This document shows positions 26,666 to 39,114 of a DNA stretch of 64,000 nucleotides, piece after piece; position 1 is the stretch's first letter, and every line of letters starts with the position of its first letter. Location: positions 68,800 to 132,799 of the forward strand of contig DASCPX010000040.1 of NCBI GenBank assembly GCA_036012755.1. Direction: 5' to 3'. This stretch comes from Myxococcota bacterium (lineage in GTDB: Bacteria; Myxococcota_A; UBA796; CAJQPC01). The notes beneath the pieces were generated by a model, which made no database searches, was not told the DNA's origin, and saw only the letters and a list, made by a program, of their open reading frames with translations. Made by a program: the position numbers and the translations under genes.

Positions 26666-28260
26666 TGAGACAACCTATCCCGAGCGACGACTCCGATCTC
26701 CAGCAGGCGGCGCGCGTCTGCCAGAAAGCGAGCCGGCTCGGGAACCGAGGCCGCGAGTGCAGCGAGTCGCTCGTCGTCGCCCGAGTCCAGCGCGAGGGCG
26801 GCTTCCACGAGCGGTAGCCTCAGGTCCAGCTCGCCGCGGTGCGCATCGATGGCCCTCGAGGCCCCGGCGAAGTCCCCGACCTGGAGCAGCGCCATGCCCC
26901 GAAGTCCGGCGAGCTGGGCGGTGTCAGGGCAGGCCTCTGCCGCCAGGTGGGCCGCCCGAGCCGCCAGCTCCAGGTCACCCACCTTCAGTGGTGTCCCGAT
27001 CGAGGGCACACAGGCGTCGGGGTAGGGAGCATCTCCCTCGAGCGAAGCCACGAACAAGGGGCCGGCCTCCGCTGGCCTGTCGGCCTCGTTGAGGGCGTGC
27101 CCAAGCGAGGTCCAGGTGTAGGGCCCCGGGTGGTCCTCTACCGCGGCTCCCCACAGGGTGATGTCAGAGCTCCACTCGGGGAGGCGATGGTGCAGCACCA
27201 GCACGGAGGCCAGGCAGAGGGGAAGCAGCGCGACGAGTGACCGGCGCGACGGCGGCATCGCGGCCGCCAGCGCCAGGGCCAGCCCCGCCATTGGCAGGTA
27301 CAGGTAGCGCTCGCCCAGTTGGCCACGGACCGAGATGGCGAGCAGGGCCGGAACGAAGGCCGCGACCGCCAGGCCGAGGCCCGCGATGGAGATGCGTCCA
27401 CCCCGAACGCCGGCGGCGACCCCAAAGACGCAGAGGACCCCGAGCCCACCGGCCACCTCCAGCCCGGACAGCGACAGGTACTCCGCCGTCTGCCCGACCG
27501 ACAGCGGCCAAGGCCAGGCCAGGCGAAGGCCGTAGTGGGCGAGCACCTCGTGCAGGTTGCCGACCAGCCAGCTGAGCTGGGCGCCGTCAGGTACGGAGGC
27601 CGGCTCGATCGACGCGGCGGTCCTCAGGGCGAACCACACGACGACCGCGCCGAGCGCCACCGCGTGACGGCGCCACCCGACCACCCGACCATGCCGTGCA
27701 AGGTCCAGCAGGACGAGCAGGACCGGCGCGAGCACCGCGCTCTCCTTGCTCAGCATGCCAGCGAGCACGGCCAACCCTCCGAGCGCCAGCCGCCACCGGT
27801 GGGCGCGCTCGTCCAGGAGAGCCAACACCCCCGCGAACACGAACAGCGCCGCCATCGAGTCGTTCCTCGCGGCGATCCAGGCGACCGCCTCCGACTGGAC
27901 CGGGTGGAGAGCGAAGAGCGCCGTCCCCCAGAGCGCCCCCACCGGGGAGGCGAGGCGGCGCAGCAGGAGGAGCAGGACCGCACTCGCTCCCACGTGCCAG
28001 GCCAACGAGTGGAGGTGATGGCCGAGAGCGGAGAGCCCCCAGAGGACCCGGTCGAGCGCGAGGCTCACGAGCACCAGTGGCCGGTAGTAGCCGGAGGCCG
28101 ACTCGACGCCACCGGCGGTCTCCCAGAGGTCGACCTGGAAGAAGAGCGGCAGGTTGCTCGGCTCCCCGGTCAGGGTGTTGTTCACGACCAGCGGGATGTC
28201 GTCCCAGACGAAGCCGGCGAGCGCCAGGGCGGCGTAGGACCCGACTACGGCTGCAAACAA
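26662..28260 (-). CDS. TMTC-like GT-C glycosyltransferase with C-terminal TPR-like region
   Basis: FVWDD, YYRPL, LFALHPVQSEAVAWIAARND, SKESA, ERYLYLP, W..DITLW. Confidence 0.85.
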   Translation of the reverse strand: MFAAVVGSYAALALAGFVWDDIPLVVNNTLTGEPSNLPLFFQVDLWETAGGVESASGYYRPLVLVSLALDRVLWGLSALGHHLHSLAWHVGASAVLLLLLRRLASPVGALWGTALFALHPVQSEAVAWIAARNDSMAALFVFAGVLALLDERAHRWRLALGGLAVLAGMLSKESAVLAPVLLVLLDLARHGRVVGWRRHAVALGAVVVWFALRTAASIEPASVPDGAQLSWLVGNLHEVLAHYGLRLAWPWPLSVGQTAEYLSLSGLEVAGGLGVLCVFGVAAGVRGGRISIAGLGLAVAAFVPALLAISVRGQLGERYLYLPMAGLALALAAAMPPSRRSLVALLPLCLASVLVLHHRLPEWSSDITLWGAAVEDHPGPYTWTSLGHALNEADRPAEAGPLFVASLEGDAPYPDACVPSIGTPLKVGDLELAARAAHLAAEACPDTAQLAGLRGMALLQVGDFAGASRAIDAHRGELDLRLPLVEAALALDSGDDERLAALAASVPEPARFLADARRLLEIGVVARDRLSQ

Positions 28261-28300
28261 GAGCCCTGTCGCGGCCCGAAGGGGGCTTCTGGCGGCGAGA

Positions 28301-28771
28301 TCAGTAGACGTCGTTCTTCGTCAGCGGCCTGGTGCCGCGAATGTGCGTAGCGGTGTACTTCGACAGGACCGTGTGGGCGTCGACATCCATGATGCCGATC
28401 ACGGTGAACTCGCCGCCGTTGGTCGTGGCGCGACCTACCACCGTGGTGACCTGGTAGACGCCGCGGACATCACCGTCGGGAAGGAAGCCCAGGTGGTTGA
28501 AGCCGGTGTTGCCCGCTCCCCAATTCTGGTAGCCCTTCGAGGGCACCCCGCCAGGGTGGGGATCAGCCATGACGAAGCCGTCGTACAGCCCGTCGAAGCC
28601 GAACTCTGCGTGCTGGACCGCGTTGACGATGATGGGCATCTCAGCGCGCTTGGCGCGGTAGTTCATGTCGAGCCAGTTCGGGATGGCGATCGCTGCCAAT
28701 ACCCCGATGATGGCGACCACGATCATGAGCTCGACCAGCGTGAATCCGCCCTTGGATTCGTCCCTTGGCAT
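28301..28771 (-). CDS. Type IVa pilin, second paralog
   Basis: GG|FTLVELMIVVAIIGVLAAIAIPNW; head domain similar to the upstream pilin. Confidence 0.92.
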   Translation of the reverse strand: MPRDESKGGFTLVELMIVVAIIGVLAAIAIPNWLDMNYRAKRAEMPIIVNAVQHAEFGFDGLYDGFVMADPHPGGVPSKGYQNWGAGNTGFNHLGFLPDGDVRGVYQVTTVVGRATTNGGEFTVIGIMDVDAHTVLSKYTATHIRGTRPLTKNDVY

Positions 28772-28851
28772 TCATGCGGAGATTCTACCCCTCCCAAACG
28801 CGAACCGGGCAGATGGTTGCCCATCCGCCCGGCGTTGCCTGGAGGAACGAA

Positions 28852-29310
28852 TCAGTAGGTGTCGTTCTTGTTCAGGAAGGTCGTGTTGATCGACTTGGTC
28901 GCGGTGTAGACGGAGTTGATAGCGTCCTGGTCCACATCCGTCACGCCCGTGACGAGGAAGTCGCCACCCGGAGAGGAAGCGCCCGCCGGGGTCGTCTGGA
29001 CGACATAGGAGCCGCGAACCTCGCCGTCAGGCTGCCACCCGAGGGTGTCATAGCCGGTGCCCGCCGTGGTGAAGATCTGGGTCTTCTTGTTGGCGTCGGT
29101 GCCCGGGGTGTTGGTGCAGTTGATGAAGTTGTCGAACGCGGCGTCGTAGCCCATCTCGGCGGTCTTGATGCCGTCGACGTTGGCCGGGTTCTCGGCGCGC
29201 TTGGCGCGGTACTGCATCTCAACGAAGTTCGGAATCGCGATGGCGGCCAGGATGCCGATAATCGCAACAACAATCATAAGCTCGACGAGGGTAAAGCCCT
29301 TCTTGAACAT
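28852..29310 (-). CDS. pilA: Major type IVa pilin
   Basis: KG|FTLVELMIVVAIIGILAAIAIPNF; sits behind a sigma54 promoter, downstream of pilR. Confidence 0.93.
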   Translation of the reverse strand: MFKKGFTLVELMIVVAIIGILAAIAIPNFVEMQYRAKRAENPANVDGIKTAEMGYDAAFDNFINCTNTPGTDANKKTQIFTTAGTGYDTLGWQPDGEVRGSYVVQTTPAGASSPGGDFLVTGVTDVDQDAINSVYTATKSINTTFLNKNDTY

Positions 29311-29376
29311 GGGGTATCTCCCGAGGGGGGTGGTGGGTTGAGTCCTCTGTGCCGTAGCAGGACGCGCAACCCTTTG

Positions 29377-29392
29377 TGCACGTTTCATGCCA
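29377..29392 (-). promoter_or_regulatory. Sigma54 promoter of pilA
   Basis: TGGCATGAAACGTGCA, i.e. GG-N10-GC. Confidence 0.85.
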
Positions 29393-29445
29393 GCCTTCAA
29401 GTGCCCGGAATCAGGACGACAGTGACGTGAATGGTCGATCATGGG

Positions 29446-29481
29446 GTGACGGTTTTCGTCAGATCTGACAAAACACGTCAC
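29446..29481. promoter_or_regulatory. Tandem TGAC-N7-GTCA sites, probable PilR enhancer
   Basis: TGACGGTTTTCGTCA (29447) and TGACAAAACACGTCA (29466), upstream of the sigma54 site. Confidence 0.7.
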
Positions 29482-29489
29482 TCGACGCG

Positions 29490-30879
<1,390 letters not shown>

Positions 30880-30887
<8 letters not shown>

Positions 30888-32457
30888 TGGCCGCCCGCTC
30901 GTCTTCCAACCTCACGGGGAGGTATATGCCGAAGGTCGTACCTCCTCCCACCTTGCTGTGGACCCAGACGTCACCGCCGTGCTGGCGGGTCACCCGCTCG
31001 ACCGTCGCCAGCCCGAGACCGGTTCCGCCCGACCGGCGAGTCCAGAAGGGGTCGAAGATCCGATCGATCTCGTCGGCGGGGATGCCGGTCCCCTGGTCGC
31101 TGACGAGGAACCTCACGCGATCGCCGACGTGCTCGGCGGTGATGTCGATGCGCCCCCCCCCGGGCATGTGCTGGGCCGCGTTCAGGAGCAGGTTCCACAG
31201 CACCATCTTCAGCTGGTCCCTGTCGACGAGCATGACGGGGAGCTGCCTGTGGTTGAAGACCACCTCGATGGATCCGGCGTACCTGGGGTCGGCGCGGAAG
31301 GTGTCCATGACCTCCTCGATCGGGAGGCGCAGGTTGCACGCCACCAGGCGCAGCTCCGGCGGAGACCCGGCGTGCATGAAGTCCGTGACGAGGCGACTGA
31401 GGCGGTCGACCTCGCGCGTGATGATCTGGCGGAGACGCTGGTCGCCCTCCGACAGATCCAGGAGCTGGATCGCCCCCGACAGAGAGGTCAACGGGTTCCG
31501 GATCTCGTGGGCGATGCCGGCGCTGAGGCGTCCGACCGCCGCCAGGCGTTCCTCTCGGGCGATCCGGTGCTGCATCGCGCGCAGATCCGTGATGTCCTCG
31601 ATCGTCAGCACGCTTGCTCCATCCTCGATCGACGAGCGCGTCAGGAGCAGGTCCCGCCGGTGTTCGTCCTCTCCGGTGCGAATCTCCCAGACCCGGTCGA
31701 GGGCCTCGTCGAAGCCCTCGACGATCTCATCGACAGCGCGACCGCCGAGCTCGGGGAAGAACTGCAGGGCCGTGGCGTTGGCCGACCGCAGCTGGCCCGA
31801 CGCGTCGAACAGGGCGAGCCCGGAGCGGATGCTGCCCAAGACCTGCGAGAGATCGGCCGCCAGGGCCTCCGCTCGCCCGGTCTGCTGGGCGAGCTCCTCG
31901 TCCGCGACCCGGAGGCGCTGGGCGAGCTCGCCAGAGAGCAGCGCGACGAGGAAGAAGCCGAGGATGTTGGTCGACAAGAGCGCGAACTCGCGCACGAGAT
32001 CGCCAGTCTGGAGCGTCCTCGTCTCGAGCAGGCCGAGTCCGAGGACAGCAGCGGAGTTGAGGAAGGCGCTCAGGATGGCGCCGCGGCGGTAGTCGAGCCA
32101 CGCTCCGCCGACGACGCAGGCCGCGTAGATCAGCGTGAACGGCCCGTGCACACCGCCAAAGGTGTAGACGACACCCGTCACGACCGCGGTGTCGCAGATG
32201 ACCTGGTAGGCGGAGTAGACGACCGGGTTGGCCTCTCGGCTCCAGGCCAGCCCCCCAGCCGACAGTCCCAGGACGAGGTAGAGGCCGCCGACCAGGACGA
32301 GGAACTGGTTCAGATCCTCCAGCCCTGTGAAGGCCTCTGAGACGTAGAGGACCCCGACGTAGCCGAGCATCGCCGTCGCCACGAAGAGGCGCACGAGAAT
32401 GTAGCGGAGGATCCGGGTTCCGAGTGGTCCTCGGACCCCAGACGTGAGACCGTCCAT
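30880..32457 (-). CDS. pilS: Sensor histidine kinase PilS
   Basis: Multi-TM N-terminus, AHEIRNPL, NLLLNA, GTGLGL. Confidence 0.9.
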
Positions 32458-32459
32458 CG

Positions 32460-33689
32460 CTACTGGATGGACTCGGCCATCGAGAAGATTGGCAGGTACA
32501 TCGCCACGACGAAGCCACCGACGACGATGCCGAGGAAGACCATGATCAGGGGCTCCATCATGGCGGTGAGGTTCTCTACCGACTGGTCGACCTCGTCGTC
32601 GTAGAAGTCGGCGATCTTGCCCAGCATGATGTCCAGCGCACCGGTGTTCTCGCCGACGCTGATCATCTGGCAGACCATCTCGGGAAAGACCTTCGCTTCG
32701 GCGATCGGCTCAGCGATGGTGCGACCTTCCGAGATCGACTGCCGGGCCTTCAACACGGCGTTCTCGATGATCTGGTTTCCGGCGGTCTTCGCGCAGATCT
32801 CCAGGCCGTCGAGGATGGGGACGCCGGAGGAGACCATGGTGCCCAGGGTCCGGCAGAAGCGGGCGACCGCCACCTTGCGGATCAGGTCTCCGAAGACCGG
32901 GAGCCTGAGCAGGAGGGCGTCGATGACGAGCCTCCCGCGCGGCTGCTTGTACGTGAAGCGGAAGCCGAAGATCGCGATGAAGATGCCAGCCAGGAAGAAG
33001 TACCAGCTGTCCCGCAAGAAATAGGACAGGTCGACGACGAACTGGGTCGGCGCCGGCAGGGAGGAGCCGAACTCCATGAACATCTGCTCGAAGGTCGGGA
33101 CGACCTTGAGCAGGAGCACGGCGGTGACCAGGATCGCGACACTGAACACGATGAGCGGGTAGGTCATCGCGCCCTTGACCTTCCGCTTGAGCTTCTCGTT
33201 CTTCTCGAGGAAGGTCGCGAGGCGGTTGAGGATGGTGTCGAGGATACCGCCGATCTCACCAGCGGCGACGAGGTTGCGGAACAGCGGGTCGAAGGTGTCG
33301 GGGTACTTCTTCAAGGCATCCGCGAAGGTGGTTCCTGCCTCGACGGCGGCCTTCACCTCCGTCAACTGCTCACGCAAGGCCGGGTTTCCGGCCTGCTTGG
33401 ACTGGATGTCGAGGCACTGCACCAGCGGCAGGCCCGAGTCGATCATCGTCGCGAACTGACGAGTGAAGATGACGAGGTCCTTCGTCTTCACCTTGGGCTT
33501 CAGGAAGCCGATGTTGATGCTGCCGCCGCCAAAGCTGAGAGCGGCGAGGCCCTTTTTCTGGGTCACCGTCGTCGGCTGGATCTTCATCAAGCGCAGTCGC
33601 GCGCGCGCGGCCTCCAGGTCGGCGGCCTCGATACTTCCTTTCTTGACTTCCCCTGTTGCGCCGCGGCCTTCGTACGCGAAAACGGGCAT
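32460..33689 (-). CDS. pilC: Type IV pilus platform protein PilC
   Basis: FTRQFATMIDSGLPL, AGEIGGILD, AMYLPIF. Confidence 0.95.
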   Translation of the reverse strand: MPVFAYEGRGATGEVKKGSIEAADLEAARARLRLMKIQPTTVTQKKGLAALSFGGGSINIGFLKPKVKTKDLVIFTRQFATMIDSGLPLVQCLDIQSKQAGNPALREQLTEVKAAVEAGTTFADALKKYPDTFDPLFRNLVAAGEIGGILDTILNRLATFLEKNEKLKRKVKGAMTYPLIVFSVAILVTAVLLLKVVPTFEQMFMEFGSSLPAPTQFVVDLSYFLRDSWYFFLAGIFIAIFGFRFTYKQPRGRLVIDALLLRLPVFGDLIRKVAVARFCRTLGTMVSSGVPILDGLEICAKTAGNQIIENAVLKARQSISEGRTIAEPIAEAKVFPEMVCQMISVGENTGALDIMLGKIADFYDDEVDQSVENLTAMMEPLIMVFLGIVVGGFVVAMYLPIFSMAESIQ

Positions 33690-33739
33690 GCGGGGGACCT
33701 CCTGGAGTGGCTGAGAGTTTAGATCAAACCGAGCCCGTA

Positions 33740-35467
<1,728 letters not shown>

Positions 35468-35632
35468 GGAGCCTGCCTCTCTGCTGGGGGCCCTTACATG
35501 GCGCCCGCGCGGGTGTTGCGGCGAACATCCTACACCAGCTCAGCATGCCTCCTGTCACCGTTGGGCTTTCCAAGCCGTACTCGAAGGACCCGACACCGGC
35601 GACAGGGGCCCGCGCGAGGTAGCATCGCGCGC

Positions 35633-37252
35633 ATGATCGCCACCCTGTTGCTGTTGTCCTGCGGAGGTCCTGCGGACCCGCTCGGGGCGTTGGACGCCGA
35701 GTACGTCGAGATTCGTGCGGGGCTCGCGATCGCCGACCGGGACACCAGCCGGAATGTCCAGAACAAGGAGGCCCGCGCCCGCAAGATCGAACACGAGCAG
35801 GCTCGCGTCGCCTTCTTCTCCGATGGCGAGGTGGCCGCCACGATCGACGAGGCGCGCAAGAGCTCGGACCCCACGACAGCCTGGAAGGGCGAGGCCTACT
35901 GGCGCGAGGCGCTGCTGGTCCGCTCGTGGACCGAGGCAGAGAAGGAGCGCGAGACCGAGCTGCTCGCGGCGATCGAGGACCTTCGCCACGCCGAGGCGAC
36001 GTGGTCGACCGAAGAGGGAACCGAGATCGCGCTCAACGGGCGCTGGGAGAGCGTCAGCGAAGGCGCCGATACGCTCTCCGCCGATGAGCGCGCCGAGCTG
36101 GCGGCGGCCTGGACGAGCCATCGCGTGGTGTGGATCGGCTCGGACCTCGAGGAGCTGGTGAGGCTGCGCAACGAGGTCGCGCGGCGAGAGGGCTTCGACA
36201 CCTACTGGGAGCTGGCGCTCGCCCATCGGGGGCTGACGCCGGAGCAGGTCGACGAGCTCGACGCCTCCATCTCGGCGCTGGTGACGCCCCACAACACCAG
36301 GCGTGCGGCAGCGCTCGAGCACATGGCCAAAGAGCTGGAGCTGCCGCTGGACTTCGCGAACGCGCCGCTGTTGGGCCGTCGCGCGGGACTGACCCTGGAC
36401 CGGACCGAGACCGACGCGTGGTTCGACAGCGACCTCGCCGAGGAGCGCGTGACGACCGCGCTCGGCGACCTGGGCATCTCCACAGAGGGGCTCCAGCTCT
36501 ACATCGGTCCGACCCGATACGCGCGCTCCGGCGCATACAGCTTCCCGATCAGGCCGCCGCAGCACGCAGCGGTCGTGCTCTCGAACGACACCCGCTGGTC
36601 GGACTGGCCCTACCGGGGATTGCTGCACGAGGTCGGCCTCGCCATCTGGTGGCGAAGCCTGCCCGCGGATCACGCCAGCTCCCCCGTCACCTGGCAGCCG
36701 CCTACTCCCTGGTTCGAGGGCTTCGGGGACTTCTTCGAGCGCATGCTCTTCGACGAGTTGTTCCTCGCCACCTACGTCCCCGAAGTGCCCGAGGAGTCCC
36801 GCGCCGTCTACGCCGCCTCCAGGGTCCAAGGCACCATCCAGACGCTGTCCTGGTACCTCGGCTGCACCCGCGCCGAGCGCATGCTCTATGAGCGCCCGGG
36901 TGAGTGGGAAGCGATCAGCGCCCAGCTCGCGGGGCAGGAGAGGGCGCTGCGAGGCGAACACTTCGACGCCCCGCCGGGGGACATCGCCTACACCAGCTTC
37001 CTCCAGTCGGGGCTGATGCTCAACTACCCGGCCTACGTCCAGAACTTCCTCTTCTCCAGCGCCACCGAGGCCCGCCTGTGGGAGGCGGCTACGGAGGCGG
37101 TCGGGCACCCGGTGGCCAACCCCAAGCTCGGCCCCTGGGTGGTCGACCTCGTCCACTCGGTCGGGCCGGGCAAGAGCTTCGAGCAGCGCCTGGACGAGCT
37201 CAGCGGCGGCGATCGCACCGACGCACTGCAGCGCTACCTCTCCGGAGGGTGA
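35633..37252 (+). CDS. M2/M3 gluzincin-fold lipoprotein with degenerate HExxH
   Basis: LVRLRNEVARREGFDTYW, LLHEVGL, WFEGFG, YPAYVQNF; N-terminus MIATLLLLS|C. Confidence 0.75.
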   Translation: MIATLLLLSCGGPADPLGALDAEYVEIRAGLAIADRDTSRNVQNKEARARKIEHEQARVAFFSDGEVAATIDEARKSSDPTTAWKGEAYWREALLVRSWTEAEKERETELLAAIEDLRHAEATWSTEEGTEIALNGRWESVSEGADTLSADERAELAAAWTSHRVVWIGSDLEELVRLRNEVARREGFDTYWELALAHRGLTPEQVDELDASISALVTPHNTRRAAALEHMAKELELPLDFANAPLLGRRAGLTLDRTETDAWFDSDLAEERVTTALGDLGISTEGLQLYIGPTRYARSGAYSFPIRPPQHAAVVLSNDTRWSDWPYRGLLHEVGLAIWWRSLPADHASSPVTWQPPTPWFEGFGDFFERMLFDELFLATYVPEVPEESRAVYAASRVQGTIQTLSWYLGCTRAERMLYERPGEWEAISAQLAGQERALRGEHFDAPPGDIAYTSFLQSGLMLNYPAYVQNFLFSSATEARLWEAATEAVGHPVANPKLGPWVVDLVHSVGPGKSFEQRLDELSGGDRTDALQRYLSGG

Positions 37253-37306
37253 TCCTCCTCATGGCATGTGCGGGAGCACGGGGCGGGCCCTGCGCTTTCT
37301 CGAGGA

Positions 37307-37519
37307 TCACCCGTAGAGGGCAGCGAACTCCTCGTCGCTCTTGACCAGGTAGAGAATGCCCTCGACCAGGCCCACGAGCGCGGGGATGCCGGTCCAACAG
37401 AGCAGGACGTAGCCGATGCCCCACCCGATCTGTCCGAGGTAGAACTTGTGGACGCCGATGCCGCCCAAGAAGAACGCGAGGAGCGCTGCGACGACCTTGT
37501 TCTTGCTTCCTTGTGCCAT
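37307..37519 (-). CDS. TM2-domain protein
   Basis: KNKVVAALLAFFLGGIGVHKFYLG. Confidence 0.92.
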   Translation of the reverse strand: MAQGSKNKVVAALLAFFLGGIGVHKFYLGQIGWGIGYVLLCWTGIPALVGLVEGILYLVKSDEEFAALYG

Positions 37520-37545
37520 GAGATCCCTCCGGGGAGTTAGAGAAC

Positions 37546-39012
37546 CTACCTCATGTACGTCGTCAGTCCACCCTCTGTTCCGACGAAGAGCTCCTCCTCC
37601 GTGACGCTCAGCTGGTGGACCCGGGGGTCGAGGACCTCGATGGTGACGGTCTCATCGCCGACCAGGAAGAGGCCGCCGAGGGTGCCGACATAGAGGCCTT
37701 CCTCAGCGATTGCGAGGGACAGGATCCAGTCGTCCGGCGTCTCGACGGCCGTCCATGAGCGCCCGTCCCAGCGCCAGACTCCATCCCGGTAGGTGCCCGC
37801 CCAGGCCTCCCCCTCGGTGCAGGCCACCGCCATCACCCAGTCGTCCGGGAGGCCCGTGCTGCCGTCGTGGTGGCTCCAGCGTCGCCCGCTCCAGTGGGAG
37901 ACGCCGGCGTCCTCGCTGGCCACCCACGCCTCTGGTCCGCACGCGGCGACCGCCTGGTAGCTGGTGCCGAAGACCGAGAAGCGGTGGCGCCGCCAATAGC
38001 CCTCGTCCACCGAGACGGGACCGAGCAGATCGCTCATCCACAGGCGCTCTCCGCTGGCCAGCGCGGTGACAACGTCGTGCTGCAGTCCGGGCCGACCACG
38101 ACCCGAAGCGCCCTCCGTGATCACCTCCACGCTGTCACCGTCCCAGCGCGCGAGGCCGTGGCTGGTCGCCATCCACGCGGACTCCCCGTGCACGACCACG
38201 TCGTTGACGAGACGCCCCGGCAGTCCCTCGATGGGGTGCCAGGACTCGCCGTCGAAGCGACAGGCGCCGTCTTGGAAGGTCGTCACGACGAGCTCGCCGC
38301 GGAAGCGGTCGGCGCCCGTGATGAAGTTGCCGCAGATCTGCCCGTCGGGGGTGAGGCGCTCGAGGGAGTTCTCCAGCAGGTAGAGGCCATCCTCCGTGCC
38401 GATGAACCAGGCATCACCTACCTTCTCGAGACTGGTGACCGCCCCCGGTACGGCGCCGATCCGGCCCGCGTCGTCGGTGATGACGCCACCTCCGCGGAGC
38501 CCCCACCCCTCTGGATGGGCCGCGGTCGCGGGGATGCCGACCTCGACGAGCTCCTCGCCGTCGTAGACGAAGCTCGTGAAGAGGCAGGCGATGCGGATGT
38601 CCTCGGCCACGGCGACGTCCAGGACGGGGCAGCCCAGGGCCAGGGTGTCCTCGCCGATGACGAGGCCTTCGCTGCGGACCTCGACTGCCATTGTCCGCCA
38701 GCTCATGGCGGGGGCCACCGCGGGGACGAAGGCTCCGGTCTGCTCATCCCATCGGGCGCTGCCGAGCTCTCCGGTCGTGACGACCAGGGTGTCGGTGTAG
38801 GCGACGTCGACCAGATCGGTTGTCGGGAGCTCGATGGTGGCGTGTGCCAGGAGCCGGCCGTCTTCGCTCCATGCTTCCAGACCGCCGCCGGTGGCCGCCC
38901 ACAGGACCTGCCCGTCCCACAGGAGCTCCCGGATGTCTGACGTGTTGGTGTGAACCTGCACGACCTGTGGGGGGGCTGCCTGGGCGGCCACCGCGGCGAT
39001 GAAGAAGCTCAT
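37546..39012 (-). CDS. Secreted beta-propeller repeat protein
   Basis: Repeats LWAATGGGL, WFIGTEDGL, WMATSHGLARWDG, WAGTYRDGVWRWDG, LFVGTEGGL. Confidence 0.85.
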   Translation of the reverse strand: MSFFIAAVAAQAAPPQVVQVHTNTSDIRELLWDGQVLWAATGGGLEAWSEDGRLLAHATIELPTTDLVDVAYTDTLVVTTGELGSARWDEQTGAFVPAVAPAMSWRTMAVEVRSEGLVIGEDTLALGCPVLDVAVAEDIRIACLFTSFVYDGEELVEVGIPATAAHPEGWGLRGGGVITDDAGRIGAVPGAVTSLEKVGDAWFIGTEDGLYLLENSLERLTPDGQICGNFITGADRFRGELVVTTFQDGACRFDGESWHPIEGLPGRLVNDVVVHGESAWMATSHGLARWDGDSVEVITEGASGRGRPGLQHDVVTALASGERLWMSDLLGPVSVDEGYWRRHRFSVFGTSYQAVAACGPEAWVASEDAGVSHWSGRRWSHHDGSTGLPDDWVMAVACTEGEAWAGTYRDGVWRWDGRSWTAVETPDDWILSLAIAEEGLYVGTLGGLFLVGDETVTIEVLDPRVHQLSVTEEELFVGTEGGLTTYMR

Positions 39013-39114
39013 GCCCAACAGGGAAGCAAGTGCCGTGCCCGGTTCTGGGACCCCGGATCGGCCCCTGGTCGACCCAGGGAAGCCGGCCATCTTCGAATGG
39101 TAGAGTCTCGCCCG

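Noticed and set aside
28852..29310. PilA as a conductive e-pilin
   Set aside because: It is a full-length pilin with a head domain and lacks Tyr at mature position 27; the sequence gives no support.
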